DNA of 64,000 nt from an uncultured Gammaproteobacteria bacterium (GTDB lineage: Bacteria > Pseudomonadota > Gammaproteobacteria > DRLM01): positions 736,001-800,000 of the forward strand of contig CAVSNY010000007.1 of assembly GCA_963729605.1 (NCBI GenBank), read 5' to 3'. The position numbers and the translations under genes were made by a program. A model generated the notes under the pieces. It was not told the origin of the DNA and did no database searches. It saw nothing but the letters and a program-made list of their open reading frames with translations. Positions within the stretch are counted from its first letter, which is position 1. Each line of letters starts with the position of its first letter. This document shows, piece by piece, positions 31,129 to 40,504 of the stretch.

Positions 31129-31746
31129 ATGTTGGAGGTCGTCGATCTCGCTTGTGAGCGCGGTGAGCGCCGTCTGTTTCAGGGACTTAACTTTTCGCTG
31201 AAGACGGGCGAGCTGCTGTATGTGCATGGCCAAAACGGCAGCGGCAAGACCACGTTATTGCGCACCCTGTGCGGCTTGGCCTGGCCCGCCGCGGGGGAGG
31301 TGCGCTGGGACGGCACGGAGATCCGCCGCCTGGGCGACGAATACCACGGCAAGATGCTTTATATAGGTCATCTCAACGGGGTGAAGGACGATTTCACCGC
31401 CTTTGAGAATCTGCGGGTGACGGGGCGGCTGGCGGGTTACGCGGACAGCGAGGAACGGGCCCTCGCCGCCTTGCGGCGCATGGAGTTGACGGCTTGTGCC
31501 GAGTTGCCGGGCAAGGTTTTATCGCAAGGACAGCGGCGGCGGCTCGCCTTGGCGCGTTTGTTGTTGGGCGACAGCCGGTTGTGGATTTTAGACGAGCCGT
31601 TCAGTGCCCTGGACGTCAAATCCGTCGAGGGCATTCAGACTGTGTTAAGCGAACATCTCGATAATGGCGGCATGGTGGTGTTGACCACGCATCAGGAGGT
31701 GGAGATTACGTCCCGTCGCGCGCGGCATATCCACTTGAGCGCCTAA
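31129..31746 (+). CDS. ccmA: Heme export ABC ATPase
   Basis: GQNGSGKTT, LSQGQRRR, WILDEPF, LTTHQ; first gene of the ccm operon. Confidence 0.95.
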   Translation: MLEVVDLACERGERRLFQGLNFSLKTGELLYVHGQNGSGKTTLLRTLCGLAWPAAGEVRWDGTEIRRLGDEYHGKMLYIGHLNGVKDDFTAFENLRVTGRLAGYADSEERALAALRRMELTACAELPGKVLSQGQRRRLALARLLLGDSRLWILDEPFSALDVKSVEGIQTVLSEHLDNGGMVVLTTHQEVEITSRRARHIHLSA

Positions 31747-31756
31747 GGAATCGAGT

Positions 31757-32425
31757 ATGTGGGCAGCCCTGCGATGTGTGGTGATGCGCGACCTGACCTT
31801 GGCCATGCGCCGGCGCGCCGATGTGCTCACCACGTTGTTTTTCTTCGTGATCGTGGTGAGCCTGTTCCCACTCGGGGTGGGCCCGGAGATGGATACCCTG
31901 CGCCTGATGGGGCCGGGGGTGGTGTGGGTGGCGGCGCTGCTGGCGTCCATGTTGTCGCTGGGGCGTTTGTTCTCCGGCGATTACATCGACGGTACCTTGG
32001 AACACCTGGTGCTGGCGCCGCAGCCGTTGACGGTGCTGGTGCTGGGCAAGATCGCAGCCCATTGGCTGGTCAGCGGCCTGCCGCTGGTGTTGATCGCGCC
32101 GCTGCTGGGGATACAGTACGGGCTGTCGGCGGACGCGCTGTGGGTGCTGGTGTTGTCGCTGATTCTGGGTACCCCGGTGCTGAGCCTGATCGGCGCGGTG
32201 GGCGCGGCGCTCACCCTCGGTCTGCGCGGCGGCGGGGTGTTGGTGTCGTTGCTGGTGTTGCCGCTATACATCCCGGTGCTGATATTCGGGGCGGGGGCGG
32301 TGGAGGCGCAGGTGACGGGCTTGGGGCCGCAGGCGCATTTGTCCTTGCTGGGCGCGTTTTTGATGCCGGCGCTGGTGTTCGCACCGTGGGCCGCCGGTTG
32401 GGCATTGCGGATTTCACTGGAATAA
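31757..32425 (+). CDS. ccmB: Heme exporter permease
   Basis: LFPLGVGP, GVVWVAALLA, DYIDGTLE, LVLPLYIPVLIFG. Confidence 0.96.
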   Translation: MWAALRCVVMRDLTLAMRRRADVLTTLFFFVIVVSLFPLGVGPEMDTLRLMGPGVVWVAALLASMLSLGRLFSGDYIDGTLEHLVLAPQPLTVLVLGKIAAHWLVSGLPLVLIAPLLGIQYGLSADALWVLVLSLILGTPVLSLIGAVGAALTLGLRGGGVLVSLLVLPLYIPVLIFGAGAVEAQVTGLGPQAHLSLLGAFLMPALVFAPWAAGWALRISLE

Positions 32426-32440
32426 GGGGCGGGGTGTTCG

Positions 32441-33187
32441 GTGGCGGTAGGGCAGATCAACTGGTTCAAATTTTCGTCGCCGGCGACGTTTTATCCGCTG
32501 GCCGGCAAGCTCTTGCCTTATTTCACGGTGCTGGCCGTGGTTTTGACGGCCGTCGGTTTATACCTGGGTTTTTTCGTCGCCCCCACCGATTATAAACAGG
32601 GCGAGGGTTATCGAATCATTTTCATCCATGTGCCCGCCGCCTGGATGTCCATGTTGATTTACGTGGTGATGGCGGTGTATGCCGGGATGGGATTGGTATT
32701 CAATACCCGGCTGTCCTCCCTGATGGCCTCGGCGCTCGCGCCCACCGGCGCCTTGTTCACTTTTCTCGCCTTATGGACCGGCGCCTTATGGGGCAAGCCG
32801 ATGTGGGGGACCTGGTGGGTGTGGGACGCGCGGCTCACGTCGGAATTGATCCTGTTGTTTTTATACATTGGTTTCATGTCCTTGAAGGCGGCCATCGACG
32901 ATCCGCGCCGCGCCGCGCGCGCCAGCGGTTTGCTGGCGATCATCGGCGTGATCAATATCCCCATCATTTATAAATCGGTGGAGTGGTGGAATACCCTTCA
33001 TCAAGGCGCCACCATCAAGGCCAGCGGTACGTCGATGGAAACCACCATGTTGACCGCCATGCTGGTGATGACCTTCGCGATGTGGATGTATACCGTCGCG
33101 GTGGTGCTGGCGCGGGTGCGTTGCGAGATTTTGGAAGCGGAGCGCGACACCGAATGGGTGGCGGCGGAGTTGAGTAAATCACGATGA
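32441..33187 (+). CDS. ccmC: Heme exporter protein C
   Basis: IHVPAAW, WGKPMWGTWWVWDARLTS, WWNTLHQ. Confidence 0.97.
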   Translation: MAVGQINWFKFSSPATFYPLAGKLLPYFTVLAVVLTAVGLYLGFFVAPTDYKQGEGYRIIFIHVPAAWMSMLIYVVMAVYAGMGLVFNTRLSSLMASALAPTGALFTFLALWTGALWGKPMWGTWWVWDARLTSELILLFLYIGFMSLKAAIDDPRRAARASGLLAIIGVINIPIIYKSVEWWNTLHQGATIKASGTSMETTMLTAMLVMTFAMWMYTVAVVLARVRCEILEAERDTEWVAAELSKSR

Positions 33188-33366
33188 ATTGGGGCAGTGC
33201 GGGCGAGTTCTTCGCCATGGGCGGTTACGCCTTTTACGTATGGGGTTCCTTTGGGGTCGCCGCCTTGTTTTTATTGGTGGAGGTGATCATGGTCAGGCGC
33301 CGTAAGCGAACTATTATCCAGCGCCTGGGTCGTAGGAGGCGGATGCAAGCAGAGGTGAAACAATAA
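33184..33366 (+). CDS. ccmD: Heme exporter protein D
   Basis: FFAMGGYAFYVWGSFG, small TM protein between ccmC and ccmE. Confidence 0.93.
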   Translation: MNWGSAGEFFAMGGYAFYVWGSFGVAALFLLVEVIMVRRRKRTIIQRLGRRRRMQAEVKQ

Positions 33367-33842
33367 TGAAGCCCAGACATAAGCGGCTGGCATTTATTTT
33401 GGTAGGGCTAGCGGGCCTGGGGGTGGCGGCGACTTTGGTATTGAACGCCTTGAAGAGCAACCTGCAATTGTTTTATAGCCCCAGCGAGTTAGTGGCGGGC
33501 GCCGCGCCCAAAGAGCGCACTTTCCGCCTGGGCGGTTTGGTGGAAGAGGGAAGCATCAAACGGGAAAATGACGGGCTCACGGTGAATTTCGTGCTGACCG
33601 ACCGCGCCGAAAACGTCAATGTGATTTTCAAGGGGATATTGCCTGATCTCTTCAAAGAGGGGGAAGGCGCGGTGGCCTTGGGTAAGATCAACGATGACGG
33701 GGTGTTCATGGCGGAGGAAGTGCTGGCCAAGCACGACGAAACCTATATGCCGCCGGAAGTGGCCCAGGCCTTGGAGCAAGCGAAAAAAGCTCAGCCGGCG
33801 ACCGCGGTGCCTATCAATACCAATGGGGGGAGGGACATCTAA
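33366..33842 (+). CDS. ccmE: Heme chaperone
   Basis: RLGGLVEEGS, GILPDLFKEG, VLAKHDETYMPPE. Confidence 0.97.
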   Translation: MKPRHKRLAFILVGLAGLGVAATLVLNALKSNLQLFYSPSELVAGAAPKERTFRLGGLVEEGSIKRENDGLTVNFVLTDRAENVNVIFKGILPDLFKEGEGAVALGKINDDGVFMAEEVLAKHDETYMPPEVAQALEQAKKAQPATAVPINTNGGRDI

Positions 33843-35902
33843 TGGTGCCGGAGATTGGACATTTCGCGCTGATTATCGCTTTATGCATGGCCTTGGTGCA
33901 GGGCAGTTTGCCGATCATCGGCGCCGCGCGCGGAATACCGCGCTGGATGGCCTTGGCCCGGCCGTTGGCGCAAGGCATGTTCGTCTTTGTCGCCGTCGCC
34001 TTCGCCTGTCTCACCTATTCGTTTATTCAAAATGATTTCTCCGTGCTCTATGTGGCGTCGCACTCTAATTCGGCTCTGCCGCTGCAATACCGTATCGCCG
34101 GCGTATGGGGCGGTCATGAAGGTTCCCTGTTGCTGTGGATTTTGATGCTGACCGGCTGGATGCTGGCGGTCAGTATGTTCAGCCGTCATTTGCCCGATGA
34201 AATGGCGGCCCGGGTATTGGGCGTAATGGGCCTGGTGACGGTCGGTTTCCTGGCCTTTACGCTGTTCACCTCCAATCCCTTCGCCCGTTTGTTGCCCGCC
34301 GCGCTCGACGGCCGGGATTTGAATCCGCTGCTGCAAGACTTCGGTTTGATCATCCATCCGCCGATGTTGTACATGGGTTATGTCGGTTTCTCGGTGGCCT
34401 TCGCCTTCGCCATCGCCGCGTTGCTGGGCGGCAGGCTCGACGCCACCTGGGCGCGCTGGTCGCGCCCGTGGACCACGGTGGCCTGGATGTTCCTCACCAT
34501 CGGTATCGCGCTCGGCAGCTGGTGGGCCTATTACGAATTGGGCTGGGGCGGCTGGTGGTTCTGGGACCCGGTCGAGAACGCCTCGTTCATGCCTTGGTTG
34601 GTCGGCACGGCGCTGATCCATTCGCTCGCCGTCACCGAAAAACGCGGCAGCTTCAAGAGCTGGACCGTGCTGCTGGCGATCACGGCGTTTTCGCTGAGCC
34701 TGCTCGGCACCTTCCTCGTCCGATCGGGTGTGTTGACCTCGGTGCATTCCTTCGCCAACGACCCCGAGCGCGGCATGTTCATCCTGATTTTCCTGGTGAT
34801 CGTAGTCGGCGGTTCCCTGGCGCTGTTCGCATGGCGCGCGCCCAAGGTCGGTTTGGGCGGGCGTTTCGAGATGTTGTCGCGCGAGACCATGCTGCTCGCC
34901 AATAACGTGCTGTTCGTGGTCGCCGCCGGCACGGTGTTGATCGGCACCTTGGCGCCGCTGGTGGTGGACGCCATGGCCTCGCTCGGCGTCATCGCGCCGA
35001 CCAATAAGATCTCGGTGGGGGCGCCGTATTTCGACGCGGTATTTATTCCCATCATGGCCGCCGTGGTGTTTTTCATGGGGGTGGGGCCGGTCGCCAAATG
35101 GAAACAAACCACCGTGCCCGAGCTGGGACGGCGGATACGCTGGGCCGCGGCGGTCGCGATCGTCATGGCGATCATTACGCCTTTCGTGATGGGGCACTGG
35201 TCGTGGCTGGTCAGCCTGGGCGCGTTGATGGCCTTCTGGATCGTCGCCACCGTGCTGCTGAGTCTGCGCGACCGCTTGAGCCGGACCCCCGGCGACAAGC
35301 CGTGGCCGGTGCGCCTGGTGAATCTGCCCACCAGTTACCTCGGCATGCAGCTCGCGCATTTCGGGGTGGCGGTGTTCATCCTCGGTGTGATGGGGGTGAG
35401 CGGTTACGAGGAAGGCAAAGACGTGCGCATGGAGATCGGCGATACGGTCGAAGTGTCGGGCTATACCTTCCGTTTCGACGGCGTGATCAATGCCAAAGGC
35501 GCGAACTACGAGGCGCAACGCGGTCTGATCACGGTATTCAAGGGTGAGAAGCCGCTGATGCAGCTCCATCCCGAGAAGCGGGTCTATCGCGTGCAAAAAG
35601 ATGTCATGACCGAAGCGGCTATCGACAGCGGCTTTTTCCGCCACTTGTTCGTGGCGCTGGGTGAGCCGGTGGGCAACGGCGCCTGGAGCGTCCGGGTTTA
35701 TTACAAACCCTTGATCAACTGGATCTGGGGCGGCTGCGGCTTGATGGCCTTGGGCGGCTTGCTCGCGATCAGCGACCGCCGCTACCGCGCCTTGGCGCGC
35801 AAGCAGCGTCAGATGGCCGAGGCGGGCGAAGGGGAAGGCGACGCCTCCGATGCACCGGCCCCGGCCGGCGGTTTCTTGCGCGGTTCGGAGGTGAAGTCCT
35901 GA
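33842..35902 (+). CDS. ccmF: Cytochrome c heme lyase subunit
   Basis: WGGHEGSLLLW, HPPMLYMGY, WAYYELGWGGWWFWDPVENAS, SVHSFA. Confidence 0.97.
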   Translation: MVPEIGHFALIIALCMALVQGSLPIIGAARGIPRWMALARPLAQGMFVFVAVAFACLTYSFIQNDFSVLYVASHSNSALPLQYRIAGVWGGHEGSLLLWILMLTGWMLAVSMFSRHLPDEMAARVLGVMGLVTVGFLAFTLFTSNPFARLLPAALDGRDLNPLLQDFGLIIHPPMLYMGYVGFSVAFAFAIAALLGGRLDATWARWSRPWTTVAWMFLTIGIALGSWWAYYELGWGGWWFWDPVENASFMPWLVGTALIHSLAVTEKRGSFKSWTVLLAITAFSLSLLGTFLVRSGVLTSVHSFANDPERGMFILIFLVIVVGGSLALFAWRAPKVGLGGRFEMLSRETMLLANNVLFVVAAGTVLIGTLAPLVVDAMASLGVIAPTNKISVGAPYFDAVFIPIMAAVVFFMGVGPVAKWKQTTVPELGRRIRWAAAVAIVMAIITPFVMGHWSWLVSLGALMAFWIVATVLLSLRDRLSRTPGDKPWPVRLVNLPTSYLGMQLAHFGVAVFILGVMGVSGYEEGKDVRMEIGDTVEVSGYTFRFDGVINAKGANYEAQRGLITVFKGEKPLMQLHPEKRVYRVQKDVMTEAAIDSGFFRHLFVALGEPVGNGAWSVRVYYKPLINWIWGGCGLMALGGLLAISDRRYRALARKQRQMAEAGEGEGDASDAPAPAGGFLRGSEVKS

Positions 35903-36426
35903 TGGGTCGGTTTCTAATCCCCCTCGGGGTGTTCGGTTTGTTGGCGGTGTTCCTATTTATCGGGCTCAGTCTCAAGCCCAGTGAGATCCCTTCGCCCTTG
36001 CTCGATAAAGCGGCGCCGGCGTTCGCGTTGCCGCAATTGCATGAACCGGACGAAAACTTCACGCCCGCCGATCTGCGCGGCCAGGTCTGGCTGTTCAACG
36101 TGTGGGCTTCTTGGTGTGTGTCCTGCCGCGACGAGCACCCGTTGTTGTTGGATCTCGCGCGTACGGGCGAGGTGCCGATCTACGGCCTCAATTACAAGGA
36201 TCAACGCCAGGACGCCGTGCGCTGGCTGCAACAGCTCGGCAATCCCTATATCGCGAGCGCCTACGACCTCGAGGGCCAAGTGGGGATCGATTACGGGGTC
36301 TATGGCGTGCCGGAAACCTACGTGATCGATCGCGAAGGGGTGATCCGCCACAAACACATCGGTCCCATTACGCTGAAAGTTTTGACCGATGAAATTCTCC
36401 CCATCGTAAGGAAGCTCAAAGGATGA
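35902..36426 (+). CDS. ccmG: Thiol:disulfide interchange protein DsbE/CcmG
   Basis: NVWASWCVSCRDEHP, GLNYKD, GVYGVPET. Confidence 0.96.
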   Translation: MGRFLIPLGVFGLLAVFLFIGLSLKPSEIPSPLLDKAAPAFALPQLHEPDENFTPADLRGQVWLFNVWASWCVSCRDEHPLLLDLARTGEVPIYGLNYKDQRQDAVRWLQQLGNPYIASAYDLEGQVGIDYGVYGVPETYVIDREGVIRHKHIGPITLKVLTDEILPIVRKLKG

Positions 36427-36905
36427 AGCGGCTGGTATTGGTTTGGCTGCTGCTGGTCGGCGGCATGACGGCGGGTGTGGCCGCGGCCAAAGAAGCGGTG
36501 CCGGTGATGGGCGACGCCGTCATGCAGGCGCGGGTGATGAAACTCTCCGCCGAATTGCGCTGCCTGGTGTGCCAGGGGCAATCCTTGGCGGATTCCCACT
36601 CCGATTTCGCCATCGACATGCGCAACAAGATCATGGCGCTCATGAATGAGGGGATGAGCGATCGGGAAGTGAAAGCGTATCTGGTCGATCGCTACGGCGA
36701 ATTCATTTTGTATAAACCGCCCTTCTCCGGCATTACCACCATGGTGTGGCTGGGTCCGCTGGCGTTGTTCGCCATAGGCTCGGGGATATTGTTCTTCAAC
36801 CTCAAGCGGCGGCGTAAGACCGTGGCCGAGGCCACCTTGTCGCCGGAAGAACTGAATCGGGTACACAGCCTGTTAAATAAAGAGCCAGGGGATAAACACG
36901 CATGA
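36423..36905 (+). CDS. ccmH: Cytochrome c biogenesis protein CcmH
   Basis: ELRCLVCQGQSLADS, RYGEFILYKP. Confidence 0.95.
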   Translation: MKRLVLVWLLLVGGMTAGVAAAKEAVPVMGDAVMQARVMKLSAELRCLVCQGQSLADSHSDFAIDMRNKIMALMNEGMSDREVKAYLVDRYGEFILYKPPFSGITTMVWLGPLALFAIGSGILFFNLKRRRKTVAEATLSPEELNRVHSLLNKEPGDKHA

Positions 36906-38146
36906 TGATTTTTTCCGTGGTCGCGGCGCTGTTGCTTGCCGCGGCGTTGTTGTTCATCGTCCCTTCGTTATGGCGCCGGCACGGCCGTCAAGGCGTGCAA
37001 CGCGACCGTTCCAATCTGGAAATATACAAGGATCAGCTCGCCGAGCTGGAGGTCGATCTCAACGCCGGTACCTTGAGTCAAGAACAATTCGAGCATGGCC
37101 GGTTGGAGTTGGAGCGGCGTTTATTGGACGATGTCGCGCAGCAGCCCGCGCCGCCGGTGGTCGACGATAAAGACGCGGGACGCGGCGCGGCGGTGAGCCT
37201 GGCTTTGTTCGTCCCCCTGCTCGCGGTGTTGATCTATCTCATTCAGGGTGCGCCCGATGGCATTTCGCCGGAAAAGACGGCAGCCATGGTTGCGGGAAAT
37301 GGCGAACAACCCAGCCATGAAATCACCATGGACCAAATCCAGAACATGGTGGCGAAGCTGGCCGAACGCATGGAAACCAATCCCAACGATATCGAAGGCT
37401 GGTTGATGTTGGGCCGCTCCTATAGCGCCTTGGGACGTTACGCCGAGGCCGGCGCCGCGCTGGAAAGAGCGGTGGCCTTGCAGCCGGATAACGCCGACCT
37501 GCTGGTGGATTACGCCGACGTGCTCGCCATGGCCAGCGGTGAAACCCTGGAAGGCAAACCCGCCGAGTTGATCGCGCGGGCCTTGAGTCTCGATCCCAAT
37601 AATCAAAAGGGCTTGTGGCTTGCGGGGACCGCGGCCTTCGATCGGGGTGATTACAACCGCGCCATCGGTTATTGGGAACACTTGCTGGGGCAATTGCCGC
37701 CCGGTTCGCAAGAGGCCCAGGCCATGATCAATAATATCGCCGAGGCCCGCGCTCAGCGTGGGCAAGGCGGACCGGCGACGGCCGCCACGCCGGCGGCGGA
37801 ACAGATGGAGATCCAGGGTACCGTGCGCCTCAAACCGGAACTGGCGGGACGCGCCGCGCCCACCGATACGGTGTTCGTGTTCGCCCGCGCCGTGCAGGGG
37901 CCGCGCATGCCGCTGGCCATCCTGCGGGTGCAGGTCAAGGATCTGCCGCTGCAATTCAATTTGAACGATTCCCAGGCCGTGACGCCGATGGCGCGTTTGT
38001 CCGGTTATACCGAGGTGGCGGTGGGCGCCCGCATCTCCAAGAGCGGCAACGCCATGCCGGAGAGCGGCGACTTGGAAGGCATCGTCAATGCCGTGCAGGT
38101 GGGCAGCAGCGGCATCAACGTGATGATCGATACGGTCGTGCCTTGA
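36902..38146 (+). CDS. ccmI: Cytochrome c biogenesis protein CcmI/CycH
   Basis: YKDQLAEL, ELERRLL, TPRs (GWLMLGRSY), C-terminal GPRMPLA / ARISKSG domain. Confidence 0.93.
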   Translation: MMIFSVVAALLLAAALLFIVPSLWRRHGRQGVQRDRSNLEIYKDQLAELEVDLNAGTLSQEQFEHGRLELERRLLDDVAQQPAPPVVDDKDAGRGAAVSLALFVPLLAVLIYLIQGAPDGISPEKTAAMVAGNGEQPSHEITMDQIQNMVAKLAERMETNPNDIEGWLMLGRSYSALGRYAEAGAALERAVALQPDNADLLVDYADVLAMASGETLEGKPAELIARALSLDPNNQKGLWLAGTAAFDRGDYNRAIGYWEHLLGQLPPGSQEAQAMINNIAEARAQRGQGGPATAATPAAEQMEIQGTVRLKPELAGRAAPTDTVFVFARAVQGPRMPLAILRVQVKDLPLQFNLNDSQAVTPMARLSGYTEVAVGARISKSGNAMPESGDLEGIVNAVQVGSSGINVMIDTVVP

Positions 38147-38213
38147 CCGGTGGAGCACGGCCGGCGGTTTCCGCCATGGAGAGTAATGGCCTATGATCCT
38201 GAAAAAGCGGTTG

Positions 38214-38339
38214 ACCACGGAGGGCGCGGAGTTCTCGGAGAAAAAAATCGGGGACTTCACGCTTGGATCGAACCCGCTCGACGGGGGAGTTCGCCCAATG
38301 CCCATTCTGACGTTCCGCGTCCTCCGTGATTTCCGTGGT
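38214..38339. repeat. Inverted-repeat element with 9-nt periodic arms
   Basis: ACCACGGAG-GGCGCGGAG-TTCTCGGAG ... TTCCGCGTC-CTCCGTGAT-TTCCGTGGT. Confidence 0.6.
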
Positions 38340-38368
38340 TGGTATCCGCGGTTTTTAGGATGAAGGGG

Positions 38369-38920
38369 ATGAAGACCCGCCAGTGGGTTACGGGCTTGCT
38401 GGTCGTCTTGTTGATCGCGGGCTGCGGCAAGGCGGCGGCGCCGACCGATAAAATGATACTCGGCGAGCCTTTTCCATCCCTCCAGGTGACGACTCTGGAT
38501 GGTGAGGTGTTGCCCCTGACGGCGGCGCGCGGCAAGCTGGTGGTGCTGAATATCTGGGCGACTTGGTGCGGCCCCTGCCGGAAAGAACTGCCGAGTCTGC
38601 AGCGTTTGAGCCAGGCCTTGGATGCGCGGCGTTTCGAGGTGCTGGGCGTGGCCCTCGACGAAGACGCGCATATCGTGCGCGAGTACCTCATCGATAAGGG
38701 CGTGATCTATCCCAATTGGTTGGACCCGGCCTTCAAGGTGGCGGATGACGTGCTGGGCATCACCGCCTATCCCTACACCTTTTTCATCAGCCCCGAGGGC
38801 CGCTTGTTGGGCCGGGTGGTCGGCATCGCGGAATGGGACGATCCCAAAGTGATCCAGGCCTTGGAAGCGGCGTATCGCGGCGATACCTCCGGCTTGGCCG
38901 GTTTGTCCCGTCATTCGTGA
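38369..38920 (+). CDS. TlpA/ResA-family disulfide reductase lipoprotein
   Basis: Lipobox IAGC; NIWATWCGPCRKELP; AYPYTFFI. Confidence 0.92.
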   Translation: MKTRQWVTGLLVVLLIAGCGKAAAPTDKMILGEPFPSLQVTTLDGEVLPLTAARGKLVVLNIWATWCGPCRKELPSLQRLSQALDARRFEVLGVALDEDAHIVREYLIDKGVIYPNWLDPAFKVADDVLGITAYPYTFFISPEGRLLGRVVGIAEWDDPKVIQALEAAYRGDTSGLAGLSRHS

Positions 38921-39044
38921 ATTGGCGCGATACCGCCGACACGCCGCGCTGTTGTACGGTACCGTCTTCTCAGTCCCGGCGCCGCTTGTTACTATTGCGC
39001 ACCGCCGCGGTGCTCACTGGGACAATAACCTTGAGGATGACACT

Positions 39045-39377
39045 ATGAACACCTTGTTTCGCAGCACACGCCGCAGCGCGATCGCGGCCATGGCGATCGC
39101 CTTGTGCATCGGCGGATGGACCGGTGTCGCGCAGGCGGCGGATCCCAAGAACGGCGCCACCTTGTATAACCAACATTGCGTCAACTGCCATGGCCAGCGC
39201 GGCGTGCCGGTGATGCCCGGCGTGCCCGACTTCTCCCGCCGCGAACGGCTGATGCAATCGGACCTGGATTTGATCAAGGCCATTTCCCGCGGCAAAGGCA
39301 TGATGCCCGCTTATCAAGGCCTGCTCAGTGAAAACGACATCCTGGATGTCATCTCCCATTTAAGAAACCTGCGGTGA
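39045..39377 (+). CDS. Monoheme class I cytochrome c (c6-like)
   Basis: GAGGA RBS, signal peptide ending AQA, CVNCH, distal GKGMMPAY. Confidence 0.92.
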   Translation: MNTLFRSTRRSAIAAMAIALCIGGWTGVAQAADPKNGATLYNQHCVNCHGQRGVPVMPGVPDFSRRERLMQSDLDLIKAISRGKGMMPAYQGLLSENDILDVISHLRNLR

Positions 39378-40504
39378 AGATCGGTTTCGGCATGCGCTGG
39401 GCCTTGGCCGCGCTGAGCGTGTTGCTCAGCGGCGGTTGCAGTTCCTCGGAAAAGGGCGGCGAATTTTCCGCGAAATCCGCCCTCGCCAACCGCGTCCCGC
39501 TCGCGGTGTTGGAATCGTTCGGGGTGGGCGACGACGTCTACGTCCGTTCCCTCGCCGTCGATCGCGCCGCCAACAGTGTGTGGGTCGGCACCTCGGTCGG
39601 GGTGCATGAAGTCGATTTGACCAGCCGCGATCCGCGCCAGACCTTCACCCGCAAGGAAGGCCTCGCCAACGAATACGTGTTCGCGATCCTGGTGGATGGC
39701 CAGGGCAATAAATGGTTCGGCACCAACGGCGGCGGGGTGTCCCGTTACCGCGACGGCCAATGGCAGACTTATTTTCCCATGCACGGCCTGGCCGATTACT
39801 GGGTGTACTCCTTCGCCGAGCAGCCGGGCGGCACCTTGTGGATCGGCACCTGGGCCGGCGTCAACCGTTTGGACACGGCGGACGGCAAGTTCACCACCTA
39901 CGTCAAAGAGCTGGTCAACGAATGGGTGTATGGCGCCGCGGTGGACGCCCGGCAGCGGGTGTGGTTCGGTACCGAGGGCGGCGTGTCGATGTTCGACGGC
40001 AAGGAGTGGCGGAGCTGGACTCATGCCGACGGGCTGGGCGCGCCCAACACCGACAATCTCCCCATCAGCCTGAACACCGGGCTCGGCACCCGTTCCCGGC
40101 ACGACTTGAACGTGCTGGCGGAGGGCGAGCCCAGCTACAACCCCAATTACGTCTTTTCGATGAAAGTGGCGGCGGACAACGCCGTATGGGCCGGCACCTG
40201 GGGCGGCGGGGTCGGCCGCTACGACGGCAAGGCCTGGAAAAATTACACCACTCAGGACGGCTTGGCGGGTAATATCGTCTTCAGCATCGCCCAGGCGCCG
40301 GACGGCGCGATGTGGTTCGGCACCAATCAGGGCGTGTCCCGTTTCGACGGTAAACACTGGCAGACCTTGCGGCGCGGCGACGGTTTGTTCGCCGACAGCG
40401 TTTACGCGGTGGCGGTGGCCCCAAACGGCGAGGCTTGGGTGGGCACCCGGCGCGGGGTGTCGCGCATCGGTCCCGCCAGCGCTAAAGAGGTAATCGACAA
40501 GTGA
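39374..40504 (+). CDS. Stand-alone two-component-regulator-type beta-propeller lipoprotein
   Basis: Repeated GLxxxxV...DxxGxxWFGTxGG blades; lipobox SGGC. Confidence 0.85.
   Translation: MKIGFGMRWALAALSVLLSGGCSSSEKGGEFSAKSALANRVPLAVLESFGVGDDVYVRSLAVDRAANSVWVGTSVGVHEVDLTSRDPRQTFTRKEGLANEYVFAILVDGQGNKWFGTNGGGVSRYRDGQWQTYFPMHGLADYWVYSFAEQPGGTLWIGTWAGVNRLDTADGKFTTYVKELVNEWVYGAAVDARQRVWFGTEGGVSMFDGKEWRSWTHADGLGAPNTDNLPISLNTGLGTRSRHDLNVLAEGEPSYNPNYVFSMKVAADNAVWAGTWGGGVGRYDGKAWKNYTTQDGLAGNIVFSIAQAPDGAMWFGTNQGVSRFDGKHWQTLRRGDGLFADSVYAVAVAPNGEAWVGTRRGVSRIGPASAKEVIDK

Noticed and set aside
33881-38914. Long minus-strand ORFs antisense to ccmF and ccmI/tlpA (587 and 597 aa)
   Set aside because: Shadow frames of well-supported ccm genes
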